A program made the position numbers and the translations under genes. Source: Octopus bimaculoides (Eukaryota). From it: a stretch of DNA of 64,000 nt. The notes below the pieces were generated by a model that had not been told where the DNA came from, searched no databases, and saw only the letters and a program-made list of their open reading frames with translations. Shown here in pieces: positions 62,009 to 64,000 of this stretch (positions within the stretch are counted from its first letter, which is position 1; every line of letters begins with the position of its first letter). Location: contig NC_068993.1 of the NCBI RefSeq assembly GCF_001194135.2, positions 3,031,243 to 3,095,242 of the forward strand, written 5' to 3'.

Positions 62009-64000
62009 AGTGGCGTGCACTCTCAGGCATGCAAGGTATGCTCTGATTTTTTATCCACATCATCGGAAAATTCGATAAAATAGTTACTTTTGTTTGAAAG
62101 AAACTCTGTCCAGGTGTTTTCGAAATATTCTGCCTCCCCTTCCCCCTCTCTCACTGACTCGTCCGTCTGCTTTGAGAAGACCACGTGACAACCCTCTGAC
62201 CCCAACAAGGGCAATCCCATAATTCCTCAGTTAGCCAGCCAAAATGGTAGAATAACATGGCACTAAGTTTGAATTTTTTTTTAATCCAAAACATCTGTTT
62301 GCACTATTATATTATTGGAGTGTTCTGAAGAAAAGATATTATCTATATTATATTTCTTATTTCAGAAGTAGCTAATTAATCTTAAATTAATTTGACTAAC
62401 GCTATTTTTTTCGTTTTGTTGAAATTGACTTAAAATTTACTCAGACAATTTACGTGTGTTCTTATATAAAAGTAGCCTTTTTCAAAACTTGATAATTTTT
62501 CAATCTTTTACGATATGTTAGGGGAAAAATATGGAATCGATGCAGGAATCGGAATTCAGAGATCCAAAAATATATCTATTGAGCCCCAACGACATTATAC
62601 AATGCTTTATAACAAAATTATCAGTACAATAGTTGACCAAATAAAAGCACGATATTTATCCTTAGAATTTTGAATTGCACACAATTTCCTGTGGACTCTA
62701 TAGATTCTTCAAAAATGACTTATGGCAGATTTTTTGATGTAATACGATTACAAAGTGAGCTCAATGTGATGTATTCAATGAAAGATTTTAAAAAGTGAAG
62801 TGTAAGTCATTTCATGAGTTACATTTACAGCAGTGACCTTGTTGAAGCTATGCCAGAACTCTTCAATCTGTGCAAGTTGATTGTGACAATTCTGTCTACC
62901 ACTGCTTCTGTAGAGCGATCCTTTTCTGCATTAAAGAGAATCAAAACATACGAAAAAAAATGCGACAGGAGAAAGAAAACTGTCTGGGTTAGCACTAATG
63001 TCAATTGCAAAAGATTTATTACAACAATTGATGAAAAGAGATTTCTATTAAAAAATGATAGATATATTTTCCCAGAAAGATCGAAGAAATGAATTAATTT
63101 AGAAATTAGGTAAATAACATTTTAACGTAAGGTCCGACCTACTTACATCAGTATAGTTTCACATGAGAAATGGTTCGACTTCTTCGTCACACCTAACCTA
63201 CATAGGTTTTCCTTTCTTTGCTGCTGGGTGTAGTCTATTTACAGCCGTAAATAAGTGTCTTGTTTCAATCTCAGAGATGTTGACTTCTGCCACAACAGTT
63301 TGGTGTGGGGGTGGGGCTTTTTACAGTGTTGAATTTTCGCTGTCTTTCATTGTGTGTATTCATGTATATGTGTGTATTTTCAATGTGTATGCGTGAGACG
63401 TAGTCTTTTAATATACGGAGTTTAGTAAGTCTCAGAACAGTCTGCTTGAGTATCAATAATTTTCCTGGAATTGACAAGTAGCATGATAAAGCACCTGACT
63501 TGTCTTCGAGAGCGTAACTATCTAAAACCATGGCCATATAATGTAACTAAATGTGTTCTCTTTATTAAATCCTTTCAAATTGATTCAGCTGAACCAACAG
63601 GTATAGGGGGCTAATGCAGAATCGCACCCCTTTGAAAAACGAAATTTTTTAAAAAAATTTTTATCGGATTCCTACCTTTAGCAGAAATTCCGAATATGCA
63701 AAAATATTAACAGAATCCAATTTCATCTTTATTCCATTTCACTTATGATTTTTAGACTTTTTTAAGGGAGAGTGAGGATGGGAAAGTACTGACGTTTCGA
63801 AAAGAGAGAAAAATACAAACAATACACTTATTTCAGGCTCATCTCTACAGAGCCATTTTTTATTCCCTGCTTATTCTAGGTCATACGGAGGTGATTGCAT
63901 ATTCAGAATCTCCCATATGTAAATCGTAGGAATACGAAAATTCTTTTACTGAAAAATTGCCGGAGGTGTGGAGAGAAATTCATTGCATGTCCAACCCTTG
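62008..64000 (+). mobile_element. hAT DNA transposon, internally deleted; same family as 21050-22508; right TIR just beyond the window edge
   Basis: Starts CAGTGGCGTGCAC; 62008-62350 aligns with 21050-21467; the window ends AGAAATTCATTGCATGTCCAACCCTTG, matching 22463-22489, about 19 bp before the right TIR end in the other copy. Confidence 0.93.
62560..63092 (+). pseudogene. hAT transposase C-terminal remnant including the hAT dimerization domain
   Basis: ...IVDQIKARY...FFDVIRLQSELNVMYS...SDLVEAMPELFNLCKLIVTILSTTASVERSFSALKRIKTY (hallmark T.AS.ERSFS.LKRIKT motif); frameshifted, N-terminal part missing. Confidence 0.9.

Noticed and set aside
148-62078. Most ORFs in the supplied track (YIYI, HTHT, CVCV, LSLS, IIII, DDDD, SIYL runs and X-containing ORFs)
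   Set aside because: Read-through of microsatellites or N gaps; no coding signal.

Overview
AT-rich eukaryotic genomic DNA from a gapped draft assembly (7 N-gaps). The dense (TA)n/(CA)n/(GA)n/(ATC)n/(TATC)n microsatellites and the tRNA-derived SINE families look like an octopus genome; this is recognition from memory, not a database search. I find no confidently supported host gene, no rRNA, no intact tRNA and no CRISPR array, and most listed ORFs are microsatellite read-through. The window is a transposon landscape. It holds about 20 SINE or retroelement-tail copies and decayed LINE fragments (RTE, CR1, L1/Tx1, two RLE-type, and a weaker RT remnant). It also holds a Penelope-like GIY-YIG remnant, a Helitron Rep remnant without its helicase, a pogo/Tigger-like end, and three hAT pieces, one complete with TIRs and a perfect 8-bp TSD. 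The most interesting item is a short element at 26.6-26.8 kb (minus strand) that joins a tRNA-like Pol III head to a minimal type-I hammerhead ribozyme of the kind found in Penelope-like elements, i.e. a candidate ribozyme-terminated, PLE-mobilised SINE. A second theme is four short-spacer fold-back (inverted) duplications at about 0.84-1.34, 3.47-3.62, 26.66-26.93 and 56.65-56.83 kb. All alignments and translations were done by eye, so boundaries are approximate.
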